A stretch of DNA of 64,000 nt from Candidatus Oxydemutatoraceae bacterium. Lineage in GTDB: Bacteria; Pseudomonadota; Gammaproteobacteria; Poriferisulfidales; Oxydemutatoraceae. A model generated the notes under the pieces. That model made no database searches. It was not told the DNA's origin and saw nothing but the letters and a program-made list of their open reading frames with translations. Each line of letters opens with the position of its first letter. Within the stretch, counting starts at the first letter, position 1. Positions 18,937-29,396 of the stretch are shown here, piece after piece. The stretch spans positions 1,408,001 through 1,472,000 of the forward strand of contig OZ244717.1 of assembly GCA_965218975.1 (NCBI GenBank), read 5' to 3'. Both the position numbers and the translations under genes were made by a program.

Positions 18937-20079
18937 CTAAGTTAATAGCTTCTTTAATAGGGCTTGATAAATTTCACTTAATTGCAGCAAGTCGGCAATA
19001 CGAATATGCTCATTGGTTTGGTGAATAGTAGCGCTTACTAATCCGATTTCTATAACTTTTTTGCAGTAAGGTACGATAAAGCGACCATCCGAAGTGCCGC
19101 CGTCTGTCGCCAAATGAGCCGACTTGCCGGTAATTTTTTTGATCACTTGCTGAGTAGCATCAATAAGTTTAGCGGGTCGAGTGTAGAACGGCTGCGCTGA
19201 TAAGTGCCATTCTATCGTGTATTTTAGACCGCTTTGTTGGCAGATATCTTCAACATATTGCTTGATTTGTTTATCAGTAATTCGGCGGGAAAATCGTAAA
19301 TTAAATTCGGCGCACAGTCTACCCGGGACGATATTTGATGCGTATGCGTCGGCAGCGATACGGTACCATTGAAAAGTGGTCGGCGCGAATTGATCGTCAC
19401 CAGTATCCCAAACTACTTCGCTTAATTGTGACAATAGCGGCAATACTGCATGGATTAGATTATCAAATTTGCCAGGGTACGCAATATGCCTTTGTTTGCC
19501 GCTGACGGTGAGTTTGCCGGTTAAAGAACCGCGCCGTCCGCAGCGGACAGTATCGCCGACAACTTGCTGCGCCGAAGGTTCGGCAATAATACATGTATCA
19601 AATACTATATTACGTTCATTTAGTACTTGCATCGCATAACGAGTCCCATCCATTGCATCGCCTTCTTCATCGCTAGTTAATAACAAGGCAATAGAACCGT
19701 GATGGTTGGGGGTCTTTTGCACAAATTGTTCACATGCAGCAACCATTGCGGCGATGCCGCCTTTCATGTCGGCGGTACCGCGTCCGTAGAGCATTCCTTC
19801 TTTCTCATACGGTTCAAACGGAGGAGTGTTCCATGCTGTTTCATCCCCTGCAGGAACAACATCGGTGTGACCGGCGAAAACAAATAAAGGCTGTTTATCA
19901 CCGCGCCGTAGCCATAGATTGGATACTGCATTACAATTTAACGTTTCTCCGACAAAGCCCAACGGCGCTAGACACTCGGCAATCAATGCCTGACATCCGG
20001 CATCATTTGGTGTGACCGAGGGGCGGCGTACCAACTCTTTAAGCAATTCTAAAGGCATTAATTTCCAAGGTTTGTTCAA
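18937..20079 (-). CDS. dapE: Succinyl-diaminopimelate desuccinylase
   Basis: SVTP.DAGCQ, FAGHTDVVP, GRGTADMKG, TSDEEG, GRRGS, GGTSDGRF, TIH; alternative start ATG 20058. Confidence 0.96.
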   Translation of the reverse strand: MNKPWKLMPLELLKELVRRPSVTPNDAGCQALIAECLAPLGFVGETLNCNAVSNLWLRRGDKQPLFVFAGHTDVVPAGDETAWNTPPFEPYEKEGMLYGRGTADMKGGIAAMVAACEQFVQKTPNHHGSIALLLTSDEEGDAMDGTRYAMQVLNERNIVFDTCIIAEPSAQQVVGDTVRCGRRGSLTGKLTVSGKQRHIAYPGKFDNLIHAVLPLLSQLSEVVWDTGDDQFAPTTFQWYRIAADAYASNIVPGRLCAEFNLRFSRRITDKQIKQYVEDICQQSGLKYTIEWHLSAQPFYTRPAKLIDATQQVIKKITGKSAHLATDGGTSDGRFIVPYCKKVIEIGLVSATIHQTNEHIRIADLLQLSEIYQALLKKLLT

Positions 20080-20162
20080 GCATTACATACATTGATCTTA
20101 TATGCTTTATAGTCTTTTATTTTCGAGTATATATCCGATGCTATGCAAACATTCGCGATTGA

Positions 20163-20987
20163 TTAATAATTAGTACGGAGCAATTCATTGATGCCAACTT
20201 TATCAAGTGTTTTTTGGTCAACTCGTTTGACGATAACCGCGCAGTATAGGCTATATGATCCGTTTCGAGAAGGTAGATTCCCCGGGACAACGACCGATCT
20301 TGCCGGTACGCGACCATAAATTATTTCACCGGTCTCACGGTCGTAGATCCGCGTGCTTTGTCCGATATATACACCCATTGAAATTACTGAGCCTTTTTCA
20401 ACGATCACACCTTCAACGATTTCCGAACGCGCACCGATAAAGCAATTATCTTCGATGATAGTGGGTGTCGCTTGTAAGGGTTCCAGCACGCCGCCGATGC
20501 CAACGCCGCCTGACAGATGAACATTTTTTCCTATTTGTGCGCAAGAACCGACTGTCGCCCAAGTGTCAATCATCGTTCCATTGTCAACATATGCGCCGAT
20601 GTTGATGTATGACGGCATCATAATGACATTCGCAGCTTGGTACGATCCGTAGCGCGCCAATGCTGCAGGGACAATCCGTACTTGTGATCTTTGCAACTCG
20701 TCTTCATCGGATCGAGCATACTTCAACGGCACTTTATCGTAGAAATGTGTATAAGCCGCGTCTATTTTTTTATTGGAATTTAGGCGAAAGTAAAGTAGTA
20801 CAGCTTTTTTGAGCCATGTATTTACATGCCAACTATTATTTATTTTCTCGGCAACACGTAGTTCACCGCAATTTAAACCCGCAATGCAATCGTTAACCGC
20901 TTGGTTGATTTCAGGCGAAATCAAGCGCGGGGATAAATCATTCAATTGCTCAAATGCTTGAGTGATAACAGGTTCTAATTTATGCAT
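20163..20987 (-). CDS. dapD: Tetrahydrodipicolinate N-succinyltransferase
   Basis: [45 protein letters not shown]. Confidence 0.98.
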   Translation of the reverse strand: MHKLEPVITQAFEQLNDLSPRLISPEINQAVNDCIAGLNCGELRVAEKINNSWHVNTWLKKAVLLYFRLNSNKKIDAAYTHFYDKVPLKYARSDEDELQRSQVRIVPAALARYGSYQAANVIMMPSYINIGAYVDNGTMIDTWATVGSCAQIGKNVHLSGGVGIGGVLEPLQATPTIIEDNCFIGARSEIVEGVIVEKGSVISMGVYIGQSTRIYDRETGEIIYGRVPARSVVVPGNLPSRNGSYSLYCAVIVKRVDQKTLDKVGINELLRTNY

Positions 20988-20990
20988 GTT

Positions 20991-21842
20991 TTATCTCATT
21001 GCGATGGGAATTTCATCACCGATCGACCAGTCTGCACTTTCATTCGGTCGCAATGTCAAAATTTCATGTCCTTCCTCAGTTACTGCAACCGTGTGTTCCC
21101 ATTGTGCCGATAGCAAGTGATCGTTAGTGACGACTGTCCAATTGTCAGGCAATAGTTTAACTTCGTAAGTACCGGCGTTAATCATCGGTTCGACCGTTAG
21201 GGTCATACCTGGCATCAGTTCAAGCCCGGTATTTGGCTTACCGTAATGCAATACCGATGGTGATTCGTGAAATTCGATGCCAATACCATGACCGCAGTAA
21301 TCGCGCACGACACTATAACGACGGTTTTCGGCATGCACTTGGATGGCATGTCCGATATCGCCAAGACGTATACCAGGACGAATTGCCATAATACCGAGAC
21401 GCATCGCTTCATAAGTAGTTTCTACCAAACGACGTGCTTGCACCGATGGTTTGCCGATATAAAACATGCAACTACTGTCACCGTGATAACCGTCTTTAAT
21501 AACCGTTACATCAATATTAAGGATATCACCGGCTTTGAGTTGACGATCGCCGGGAATCCCATGGCAGACTTGGTGATTAATGGACGTGCAAATTGATTTC
21601 GGAAAGCCGCGATAGTTTAGTGGCGCTGGAATGCAATCAATCTCATCAGTGATATAATGATGACAAATCCGATCAAGTTCGGCAGTGGTCACCCCGATAC
21701 GAACGTGCTTGCTAATCATCATTAGCGTCTGTGCTGTCAATCGCCCGGCAACTCGCATTTTCTCAAGTGCCTCGGAACTTTTGATAGTAATTCCGGAGTA
21801 ATGGCCATTATACGAATCTTTGTATTTTTCTTGTGTGGTCAT
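20991..21842 (-). CDS. map: Methionine aminopeptidase type I
   Basis: FPKSICTSIN..VCHGIP, DVTV, HGDSS, YCGHGIG, VEPMIN, SAQWEHT. Confidence 0.98.
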   Translation of the reverse strand: MTTQEKYKDSYNGHYSGITIKSSEALEKMRVAGRLTAQTLMMISKHVRIGVTTAELDRICHHYITDEIDCIPAPLNYRGFPKSICTSINHQVCHGIPGDRQLKAGDILNIDVTVIKDGYHGDSSCMFYIGKPSVQARRLVETTYEAMRLGIMAIRPGIRLGDIGHAIQVHAENRRYSVVRDYCGHGIGIEFHESPSVLHYGKPNTGLELMPGMTLTVEPMINAGTYEVKLLPDNWTVVTNDHLLSAQWEHTVAVTEEGHEILTLRPNESADWSIGDEIPIAMR

Positions 21843-21947
21843 TAGTTTGAAAAGCGAGTGAATATAGATCGTATTAATAATTTCAGACTTAAATCGGACC
21901 TAAAATGTACTAGCGGCTTTGTAAAATTATGGTTTTCGTTGATTTTA

Positions 21948-22056
21948 TGTTAGACTCCTTAATAAATCTACCGCAAATAAATCCAAGCGCCATTCAATGA
22001 ACGATGGTCACTGCTTATTCTGTTAGGTTAATAGTAGGGTTAGTGAGCATGAATCC
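21948..22056 (+). promoter_or_regulatory. Putative rpsB extended -10 promoter and degenerate S2 autoregulatory leader
   Basis: TG-T-TAGACT at 21948-21956; hairpin TCACTG...TAGTGA (22008-22046) followed by GCATGAATCC, resembling the GCAUAACCC segment of the gammaproteobacterial S2 leader. Confidence 0.45.
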
Positions 22057-22075
22057 GTTAGGGTGAGGAGGCTTT

Positions 22076-22954
22076 ATGCCTGAAGTTACAATCCGCCAGA
22101 TGTTTGAAGCTGGCATACATTTCGGACATCAAGCAAGGTTTTGGAATCCGAAGATGGCGCCGTATATTTATGCGGAGCGCAATAAAATTCACATCATTGA
22201 TTTAGATCAAACTTTACCGCTTCTGAAAGAAGCGTTGGCTTTTTTAAAGAATTCCGCTAAAGAAGGGAAGGTTATTACATTTGTTGGGACGAAGCGTGCC
22301 GCTCAAGAAGCGATTCATGAGCACGCCGAGCGATGTGGCATGCCGTATGTTGAACAACGTTGGCTCGGCGGAATGCTGACTAATTTCAAAACTATTAATC
22401 AATCCATTCGGCATTATAAAAGACTGGAAGAAGAGTATGAAAAAACAAACTTCGGCGATATGAGCAAGAAAGAACGCCTGATGAAAACCCGTGAACTAGA
22501 TAAATTGCGCAAAGTTATTTACGGCATTAAAGATATTCGACGGATTCCGGACGTGCTCTTCGTGATTGATGTGCGGTATGAGAGCATTGCGGTCAAAGAA
22601 GCGGCAAAGTTGGGGATTAAAGTGGTTGCAATCGTAGATACCAACAATTCCTTAGATTATGTTGCCTATCCGATTCCCGGCAATGATGACGCCATCAGCG
22701 CCATTCAGTTGTACGCTTCGGTGGTGGCGGATGCGATCCTTGAAGGAATTAAAGAGGGCAAAGAAGACGGCGAGTATGTTGAGATTGATGAAGAAGCTAA
22801 AGAAGATCCCAACGCTCCGAAAATAGAGATGAAAAAATCGCTTAAAGCATCAATCATTCAAGATGGAATTACCAGTGGTAATAACGCAGAGGCTGCGGAC
22901 CAGTTGACATCCGAGTCGGAGACAGTAACGGACAGAACGGCATCTACCGAATGA
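22076..22954 (+). CDS. rpsB: 30S ribosomal protein S2
   Basis: AGIHFGH..WNPKM, FVGTK, RWLGGMLTNF, IPGNDDA; SD GAGGAGG. Confidence 0.99.
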   Translation: MPEVTIRQMFEAGIHFGHQARFWNPKMAPYIYAERNKIHIIDLDQTLPLLKEALAFLKNSAKEGKVITFVGTKRAAQEAIHEHAERCGMPYVEQRWLGGMLTNFKTINQSIRHYKRLEEEYEKTNFGDMSKKERLMKTRELDKLRKVIYGIKDIRRIPDVLFVIDVRYESIAVKEAAKLGIKVVAIVDTNNSLDYVAYPIPGNDDAISAIQLYASVVADAILEGIKEGKEDGEYVEIDEEAKEDPNAPKIEMKKSLKASIIQDGITSGNNAEAADQLTSESETVTDRTASTE

Positions 22955-23003
22955 AAAAAGCGCGAACTCATAGAAATATAACTAATCAAAAAGGGAAGAA
23001 ACA

Positions 23004-23879
23004 ATGCAAATAACTGCTACCATGGTCAAAGAACTGCGCGAACGCACGGGGGCCGGCATGATGGAATGTAAGAAATTTCTCAAAGAAGCGGAAGGAGATG
23101 CTGAGTGTGCGATTGAATTGTTGCGTAAATCAGGACAATTGAAAGCTGACAGGCGTTCGGGAAAAACGGCAGCAGAAGGGGTGGTTAAAATCGTCGGACA
23201 CGGTCAACGATATGCGTTGGTAGAAATCAATTGCGAAACCGATTTTGTCGCTCGCGACCCTGCTTTTTCTAAATTTGCGGATCAAGTCGCCGATTTGATT
23301 CTTCGGCAACAACCGGATAGTCTTGATACACTGGCAAACATAATGATAAATGGTCACACTATTGAAAAAAAGCGTTTGGATTTAATCAGTAAGGTTGGTG
23401 AAAACATTCAAGTGCGCCGCTTTGAATGTGTACATCTGCGAGGCGATACTTCAGCAGTTTATATGCATGGTAATCGAATTTCAGTATTGCTAGATATGCA
23501 AGATGGTAATGCCGTTTTAGCAAGAGATATTGCAATGCATATTGCCGCGAGTCGTCCGGTCTGTATTGCTGAAGCTGATGTGCCTCGGGAGATGATAGAT
23601 AGAGAACGAAGAATTTTATCCGAGCAGGCTGCTGAAAGCGGCAAGCCTGCTGACATTATTGAGCGAATCATTACCGGGAGAGTTAAGAAATTTATTAGTG
23701 AAATTACACTGTTAGGGCAAAAATTTGTTAAAGAGCCTGATAAGACGATACAGACTCTACTAAAAGAAAATAATGCTGAAATAGTGATGTTCTACCGTTA
23801 TGAACTAGGTGAAGGAATTGAAAAGAAGCAGGAAAATTTTGCTGACGAAGTGATGGCTCAAGTGCAGGGTACGGGGTAA
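23004..23879 (+). CDS. tsf: Elongation factor Ts
   Basis: [38 protein letters not shown]. Confidence 0.99.
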   Translation: MQITATMVKELRERTGAGMMECKKFLKEAEGDAECAIELLRKSGQLKADRRSGKTAAEGVVKIVGHGQRYALVEINCETDFVARDPAFSKFADQVADLILRQQPDSLDTLANIMINGHTIEKKRLDLISKVGENIQVRRFECVHLRGDTSAVYMHGNRISVLLDMQDGNAVLARDIAMHIAASRPVCIAEADVPREMIDRERRILSEQAAESGKPADIIERIITGRVKKFISEITLLGQKFVKEPDKTIQTLLKENNAEIVMFYRYELGEGIEKKQENFADEVMAQVQGTG

Positions 23880-23908
23880 TAGCCAATTCCGGCGGTTTAA
23901 AGAGCATA

Positions 23909-24619
23909 TTGTTTCATCTTGAGTATCAACGCGTTCTTTTAAAGTTAAGCGGTGAAGCTTTAGGGTCCGCAGATTACAGCATTGATCCTCGCATCATACG
24001 GAGAATTTCCGAAGAAATTAAAAAAGCTCACGACGGCGGAGTAGAAATTGCTATCGTGATTGGCGGCGGTAATATTTTTCGTGGGAAAAGTTTGACCATA
24101 GATAGAATAGATCGCACTACCGGCGACCACATGGGAATGTTGGCGACTGTAATCAATTCACTAGCGATGCAGGACCAGCTCGAGAAAATAAAAGTTCCGA
24201 CACGAGTAATGTCGGCAATTAGCATCAATGCGGTAAGTGAGACTTATATTCGTCGCCGTGCGATACGTCATTTGGAAAAACGCCGCGTTGTTATTTTTGC
24301 TGCAGGCACCGGCAACCCTTTCTTTACCACCGATACGGCAGCAAGCTTGCGGGCAGCGGAAATCGGCGCACAGATTATGATCAAAGGAACGAAAGTCGAC
24401 GGTGTGTACGCGGCGGACCCAATAGTTAAACCGGATGCTCAATTTTATCCCGAACTAAGTTATCAGCGGGCGCTTGATGATAATTTAACGGTGATGGATG
24501 CAACAGCCATTGTGATGTGTCAAGAAAATCAGATACCATTTAGAGTGTTTAACATCATGCAACGAGATGCATTGAAAAAAATTGTTGTCGGCGAAGCAAT
24601 AGGAACGTTGGTATCTTAA
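23909..24619 (+). CDS. pyrH: UMP kinase
   Basis: [35 protein letters not shown]. Confidence 0.98.
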   Translation: MFHLEYQRVLLKLSGEALGSADYSIDPRIIRRISEEIKKAHDGGVEIAIVIGGGNIFRGKSLTIDRIDRTTGDHMGMLATVINSLAMQDQLEKIKVPTRVMSAISINAVSETYIRRRAIRHLEKRRVVIFAAGTGNPFFTTDTAASLRAAEIGAQIMIKGTKVDGVYAADPIVKPDAQFYPELSYQRALDDNLTVMDATAIVMCQENQIPFRVFNIMQRDALKKIVVGEAIGTLVS

Positions 24620-24633
24620 AACTGAGGAAGAAT

Positions 24634-25191
24634 ATGGCGACAGACATATTTCGACAAGCCAAGCAGAAAATGGAAAAAACTATCACGGTGCTTCATAGCG
24701 AACTATCCAAAATTCGGACCGGGCGCGCGCATCCGAGCTTGCTGGATCATATTACTGTTCCGTATTACTCAAGCGATGTTCCGCTAAGTCAAGTGTGTAA
24801 TATTTCAACCGAGCAAGCGACGGTATTGGTGCTGAATGTTTGGGAAAAATCAATGGCTGGCGAAGTTGAAAGAGCGGTCCGTAATTCTGATCTTGGTTTG
24901 AATCCGGCAGGCAGCGGAAATATCGTGCGTATTGCAATACCGCCATTGACTGAAGAGCGGCGCAAAGAAATGGTGAAAATGGTGCATAAACTGAGCGAGA
25001 ATGCCAAAGTTGCAGTACGTAATATCCGGCGCGATGCCAATCAGCATTTGAAAAAAGCATTAAAAACGAAAGAGATTTCTGAGGATAAGGAGAAAGAAGA
25101 GATGGATGTGATTCAGAAGCTTACCGATCAGCATATTCAGCAAGTTGATGAAATTCTTTGTGAAAAAGAGAAAGAGTTGATGTCGATTTGA
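24634..25191 (+). CDS. frr: Ribosome recycling factor
   Basis: IRTGRAHPSLLD, LGLNP, PPLTEERRKE, VRNIRRDAN. Confidence 0.98.
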   Translation: MATDIFRQAKQKMEKTITVLHSELSKIRTGRAHPSLLDHITVPYYSSDVPLSQVCNISTEQATVLVLNVWEKSMAGEVERAVRNSDLGLNPAGSGNIVRIAIPPLTEERRKEMVKMVHKLSENAKVAVRNIRRDANQHLKKALKTKEISEDKEKEEMDVIQKLTDQHIQQVDEILCEKEKELMSI

Positions 25192-25212
25192 TTCTCATTT
25201 TAATGATTTGCA

Positions 25213-25908
25213 ATGGCGAATATACCTAAACATATTGCGATCATTATGGATGGTAATGGCCGCTGGGCACAAGCCAAAGAGCAGCCGCGCATTTATGGCC
25301 ACGAGCATGGCGTAGAAGCGGCACGGGACATTGTATTAGCGAGCGCTGATCGTGGTGTTCGGACTCTAACTCTGTTTGCGTTTAGCACTGAAAATCAACG
25401 CCGCCCTCAGAATGAAATCATAGAATTGATGGAATTATTTGCTCGATCTTTGCAAGATGAAGTCGGAGAATGGCTAAAGTATCAAATTCGCCTGCGTTTT
25501 ATTGGTTCATTGTCTTTTTTTGGCGCCAATTTATGTAAAAAATTCGACGACATTGAAAACAAAACCGCAGATATGCAAAGAATGCTGTTAAATGTTGCAG
25601 TTAATTACAGCGGCCGTTGGGATATCCTTAATGCGACACGAGAAATAATCAGTCAAAAGCTGCTAGGGAGTCAAACGATAACCGAGGAGTTGATGAACAA
25701 ACAATTGCTAATTGACGATGTTGATTTATTGATTCGCACCGGCGGGGAGCGGCGTATCAGTAATTTCATGCTATGGCAGAGTGCTTACGCTGAGCTATAT
25801 TTTAGTGATAGTTTATGGCCTGATTTTTCAGTGGCTGAACTTGACGAAGCAATTTGCTGGTATTCACAACGCGAACGCCGTTTTGGTCATCTGTCAGAAC
25901 AAGCTTAG
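25213..25908 (+). CDS. uppS: Undecaprenyl diphosphate synthase (ispU)
   Basis: HIAIIMDGNGRWA, FAFSTEN, IRTGGERRISNFMLWQ, RERRFG. Confidence 0.97.
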   Translation: MANIPKHIAIIMDGNGRWAQAKEQPRIYGHEHGVEAARDIVLASADRGVRTLTLFAFSTENQRRPQNEIIELMELFARSLQDEVGEWLKYQIRLRFIGSLSFFGANLCKKFDDIENKTADMQRMLLNVAVNYSGRWDILNATREIISQKLLGSQTITEELMNKQLLIDDVDLLIRTGGERRISNFMLWQSAYAELYFSDSLWPDFSVAELDEAICWYSQRERRFGHLSEQA

Positions 25909-25909
25909 G

Positions 25910-26731
25910 ATGAGCAATCAACCAATTAATCGCTCATCCGTAAAGATCCGTTTATCAGTAGGTGCGGTGGCTGGCGCTGTGGTTGCCGCTGCGATGGTAT
26001 TTCTTCGGACCGAAGCTATTGCCGTATCCTTTGCCATAATTGCGCTGGCGATTAGCTGGGAGTGGGGATGCTTGAATGAACGCGGCGTAACCCGTGCGTT
26101 ATTGCATCCGGGTTTATTATTTCTGTTATTGTTATATATGATAGTGCAGCCTGTGCTAGTGTGGATAGAGATAATTTTATACCTTGCAACCATTTGGTGG
26201 ACGGTGATGTTCGTGATTGTTACTGCTTATCAGCCGAATTGGCGTGATACGCTTTGGTTAGGTTGGTTGTTTCGTATCGGGTCTATCATTGCTATCACGG
26301 CAGCATGGCTTGCGATCGTATTACTGCATCAAGCAAATGTTTACGATTTACTTTATTTAATAGGATTGGTCGTCACCGTTGACACGGTTGCTTATATTTC
26401 TGGGATATTATGGGGTCGGCGTAAGTTAATGCCCGACATCAGTCCACACAAGACTTATGCGGGTTTATGGGGCGCATTAGCGGGAGTGCTTATTTTATCA
26501 GCAACGGTTTCCGCATGGAATTATCCGACTTGGGCTAGTGGAATAAACTTCGTGTGGATGAGTTTGTTAATTGCGATGGTTGCCATCATCGGGGATTTTT
26601 CCGAGAGCCTGCTAAAGCGTCGGGCGAGAGTAAAGGATAGCGGTTTTTTACTACCGGGACACGGCGGTTTACTGGACCGTGCCGATAGTTTTCTTGCGGC
26701 AGCGCCAATCTTCGTGTTAATTCAGTATTAG
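25910..26731 (+). CDS. cdsA: Phosphatidate cytidylyltransferase
   Basis: Multi-TM; ISPHKT, GDFSESLLKR..VKDSG..LPGHGGLLDRADS; ATG 25910. Confidence 0.95.
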   Translation: MSNQPINRSSVKIRLSVGAVAGAVVAAAMVFLRTEAIAVSFAIIALAISWEWGCLNERGVTRALLHPGLLFLLLLYMIVQPVLVWIEIILYLATIWWTVMFVIVTAYQPNWRDTLWLGWLFRIGSIIAITAAWLAIVLLHQANVYDLLYLIGLVVTVDTVAYISGILWGRRKLMPDISPHKTYAGLWGALAGVLILSATVSAWNYPTWASGINFVWMSLLIAMVAIIGDFSESLLKRRARVKDSGFLLPGHGGLLDRADSFLAAAPIFVLIQY

Positions 26732-26778
26732 ACAAAAACACGAGTCGGCGCATTAGGCGAAGTTTTAATTTTTTGATA

Positions 26779-27993
26779 ATGTCGAAACAATCCATCACGA
26801 TACTAGGTGCTACCGGCAGTATCGGTTGTCGCGCATTGGATGTGATTGCTCGACATCGTGACCGCTATCGGGTTTTTGCTTTAACCGCAAAAAGTAACAT
26901 TCAATATCTTGTTCAGCAATGCCGTGAATTTGCGCCCCGTTACGCGGTGCTTTCTAAGTCGCATGATGTGAAGGATTTCAAGCGCGCGCTGGGAGGAAGC
27001 GATACGCAAGTGCTCGTGGGTCAGGATGCGCTAATAGAAGTTGCATCTCACGCACAATGTGATACCGTTTTGGCGGGTATCGTCGGCACTGCCGGACTAC
27101 TGCCGACTTTAGCCGCTGCCGAAGCGGGGAAACGCATCCTATTGGCAAATAAAGAAGTGTTGGTCAGTGCCGGAGCGATTTTTATGCATGCGGTTGCGCA
27201 AAATAATGCACTGTTACTACCGATCGATAGCGAACACAATGGGTTATTTCAATGCCTAAATTCGAGGTGGACTGAAAAATTGAATCTGGAGAATGTTAAA
27301 AAATTTATTTTGACAGCATCTGGCGGTCCTTGTTTGCAAACTCCCTTAGCTGATTTACCTTACGTAACACCTGAGCAAGCTTGTGCGCATCCGAACTGGG
27401 AAATGGGAGCTAAAATCTCTGTTGATTCGGCAACAATGATGAATAAGGGTTTGGAAGTAATAGAAGCCTGTAGATTATTCCATCTGACGGCTAAGCAAAT
27501 TGAGATTGTAATCCATCCGCAGAGTTTGGTACATGCAATGGTATGCATGAAAGATGGTAGCGTGTTGGCGCAAATGTCACGACCGGATATGCGGGTGCCG
27601 ATCGCCCACGCGCTCGCTTGGCCACAAAGAATTGAGAGTGGTGTTACTCCTCTTGACCTTACTCAATGTCAAAATTTAACTTTCCAAGCAGTGGATTTTA
27701 ATAGGTTTCCATGTCTTTGTTTGGCATATCAAGCATTGAAAGAAGGAGAAGTTGCGTTGATCGCACTCAATGCCGCGAATGAGATAGCGGTATCGGAATT
27801 CCTTGCCGGCAAGATTAGTTTTGATATGATAGACCATGTTATTCGTGAAACTTTACAGTGTGTGATGACACAGGCGGTAGAGCATGCGGAAGCGGCAACG
27901 GTTGATATCCGCGTAGTTTTAGACATTGATCGATTAGCGCGCGAGCAAGCACACTCGGTTTTAAGCAACGTTAGTAAATCAGATATAATGTAA
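26779..27993 (+). CDS. dxr: 1-deoxy-D-xylulose 5-phosphate reductoisomerase
   Basis: ILGATGSIG, LANKE, LPIDSEH, HPNWEMG.KISVDSATMMNKGLE, PDMR.PI. Confidence 0.98.
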   Translation: MSKQSITILGATGSIGCRALDVIARHRDRYRVFALTAKSNIQYLVQQCREFAPRYAVLSKSHDVKDFKRALGGSDTQVLVGQDALIEVASHAQCDTVLAGIVGTAGLLPTLAAAEAGKRILLANKEVLVSAGAIFMHAVAQNNALLLPIDSEHNGLFQCLNSRWTEKLNLENVKKFILTASGGPCLQTPLADLPYVTPEQACAHPNWEMGAKISVDSATMMNKGLEVIEACRLFHLTAKQIEIVIHPQSLVHAMVCMKDGSVLAQMSRPDMRVPIAHALAWPQRIESGVTPLDLTQCQNLTFQAVDFNRFPCLCLAYQALKEGEVALIALNAANEIAVSEFLAGKISFDMIDHVIRETLQCVMTQAVEHAEAATVDIRVVLDIDRLAREQAHSVLSNVSKSDIM

Positions 27994-28037
27994 AGCTGCT
28001 GAATTGAATGTAGCTAAAGGCAGCAGCCATTGAATTA

Positions 28038-29393
28038 ATGAGTTTTTTATCCTTAGTTTTTAGCTTTATTTTGACCATCGTTATTTTGGTTTCATTCCAT
28101 GAGTATGGTCATTTTTGGGTCGCACGCAAGTGCGGCGTAAAAGTGCTGCGTTTTTCAATTGGCTTCGGTAAACCGCTATGGTGCTGGCAGAGTAAAGACA
28201 ATGTTGAGTACGTTATTGCTGCGATTCCACTTGGCGGGTATGTCAAAATGCTCGATAAACGTGAAGTTGCGGTTGCCGAATCTGAAATGAGCCAAGAATT
28301 TAACTCGCAGCCGCTTGCAGTGCGAACCGCAATCGTTGCGGCCGGGCCGGTATTTAATTTTATTCTTGCATTAATTCTTTATTTCATCATGTTTATTATC
28401 GGGGTTTCTTCAATATTACCGATTGTCGGGTCAGTGACTCTCGGAAGCCCTGCCGCTGATGCCGGAATACGTGAAGGCGATCGAATTGTTATGGTGGATG
28501 ATCAAATAGTTGAAACTTGGCGCGAAGCAATTTTAGAGTTGATTAGCGCTGATCCGAATAATTCAGCTCTTATGGTGACAGTACGTGATAAAGATCAACT
28601 TGATCGGAAAGTGTTTTTAGATATGCGCAGGACAGATTTATTGAGTGAAGATTCGGGCATAGAAAGCCTCGGGCTCAAATCAGCGCCACCGGATTTACCG
28701 CCGATAATCGGCAAAGTTTCTACCGGTAGTGCAGCGCAAAGAGGCAGCTTGATGGTTGGCGATAAGATTGTCGCATTTAATGAGCGTAATATTGTTTCTT
28801 GGCAAGCGTTAGTCCGACAAATCCGGGATTACCCTGATCAGGAAGTGATGATTACTATTGAGCGCGAAGGTCAACGGATGAATGTTACTTTGCGATTAGA
28901 TTCAACTATTAGCGACGGCAGACGTATAGGACAAATGGGTGTACAAGTGCGAGTTGATGAAGCGACCATAGCAAGTTATCAAATACATCGTCGTTATGGA
29001 ATAATTGACTCTTTTATGCTGGCGGCGGAAAAAACTTGGGACATGAGCTTATTGACGCTAAAAATCTTATGGCGTTTACTAACCGGTAACGCTGCGGCAA
29101 GCAACATTGGCGGTCCTTTGGCAATTGCGCAATTTGCCAGTCTTTCATTTGCCGCCGGAATCACCGCTTACCTTGGCTTGCTTGCTTTGCTTAGCATTAG
29201 CTTGGGAATTTTGAATCTACTACCGGTACCAATGCTTGACGGAGGACATTTACTTTACTATCTGATTGAGTTTGTCAAAGGATCTCCCGTGTCGGAAGCG
29301 ACACAGCTGAAGAGTACTAAAATTGGACTTTTTTTAATTGTCGGATTAATTATTTTTGCCCTGTATAACGACTTGCATCGTTTTTTTAGCTAA
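28038..29393 (+). CDS. rseP: RIP metalloprotease RseP
   Basis: HEYGH, FSIGFG, IPLGGYVKM, two PDZ domains, NLLPVPMLDGGH. Confidence 0.97.
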   Translation: MSFLSLVFSFILTIVILVSFHEYGHFWVARKCGVKVLRFSIGFGKPLWCWQSKDNVEYVIAAIPLGGYVKMLDKREVAVAESEMSQEFNSQPLAVRTAIVAAGPVFNFILALILYFIMFIIGVSSILPIVGSVTLGSPAADAGIREGDRIVMVDDQIVETWREAILELISADPNNSALMVTVRDKDQLDRKVFLDMRRTDLLSEDSGIESLGLKSAPPDLPPIIGKVSTGSAAQRGSLMVGDKIVAFNERNIVSWQALVRQIRDYPDQEVMITIEREGQRMNVTLRLDSTISDGRRIGQMGVQVRVDEATIASYQIHRRYGIIDSFMLAAEKTWDMSLLTLKILWRLLTGNAAASNIGGPLAIAQFASLSFAAGITAYLGLLALLSISLGILNLLPVPMLDGGHLLYYLIEFVKGSPVSEATQLKSTKIGLFLIVGLIIFALYNDLHRFFS

Positions 29394-29396
29394 CGT

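Noticed and set aside
22740-22954. Acidic C-terminal tail on S2
   Set aside because: Disordered acidic S2 extensions are common in many bacteria
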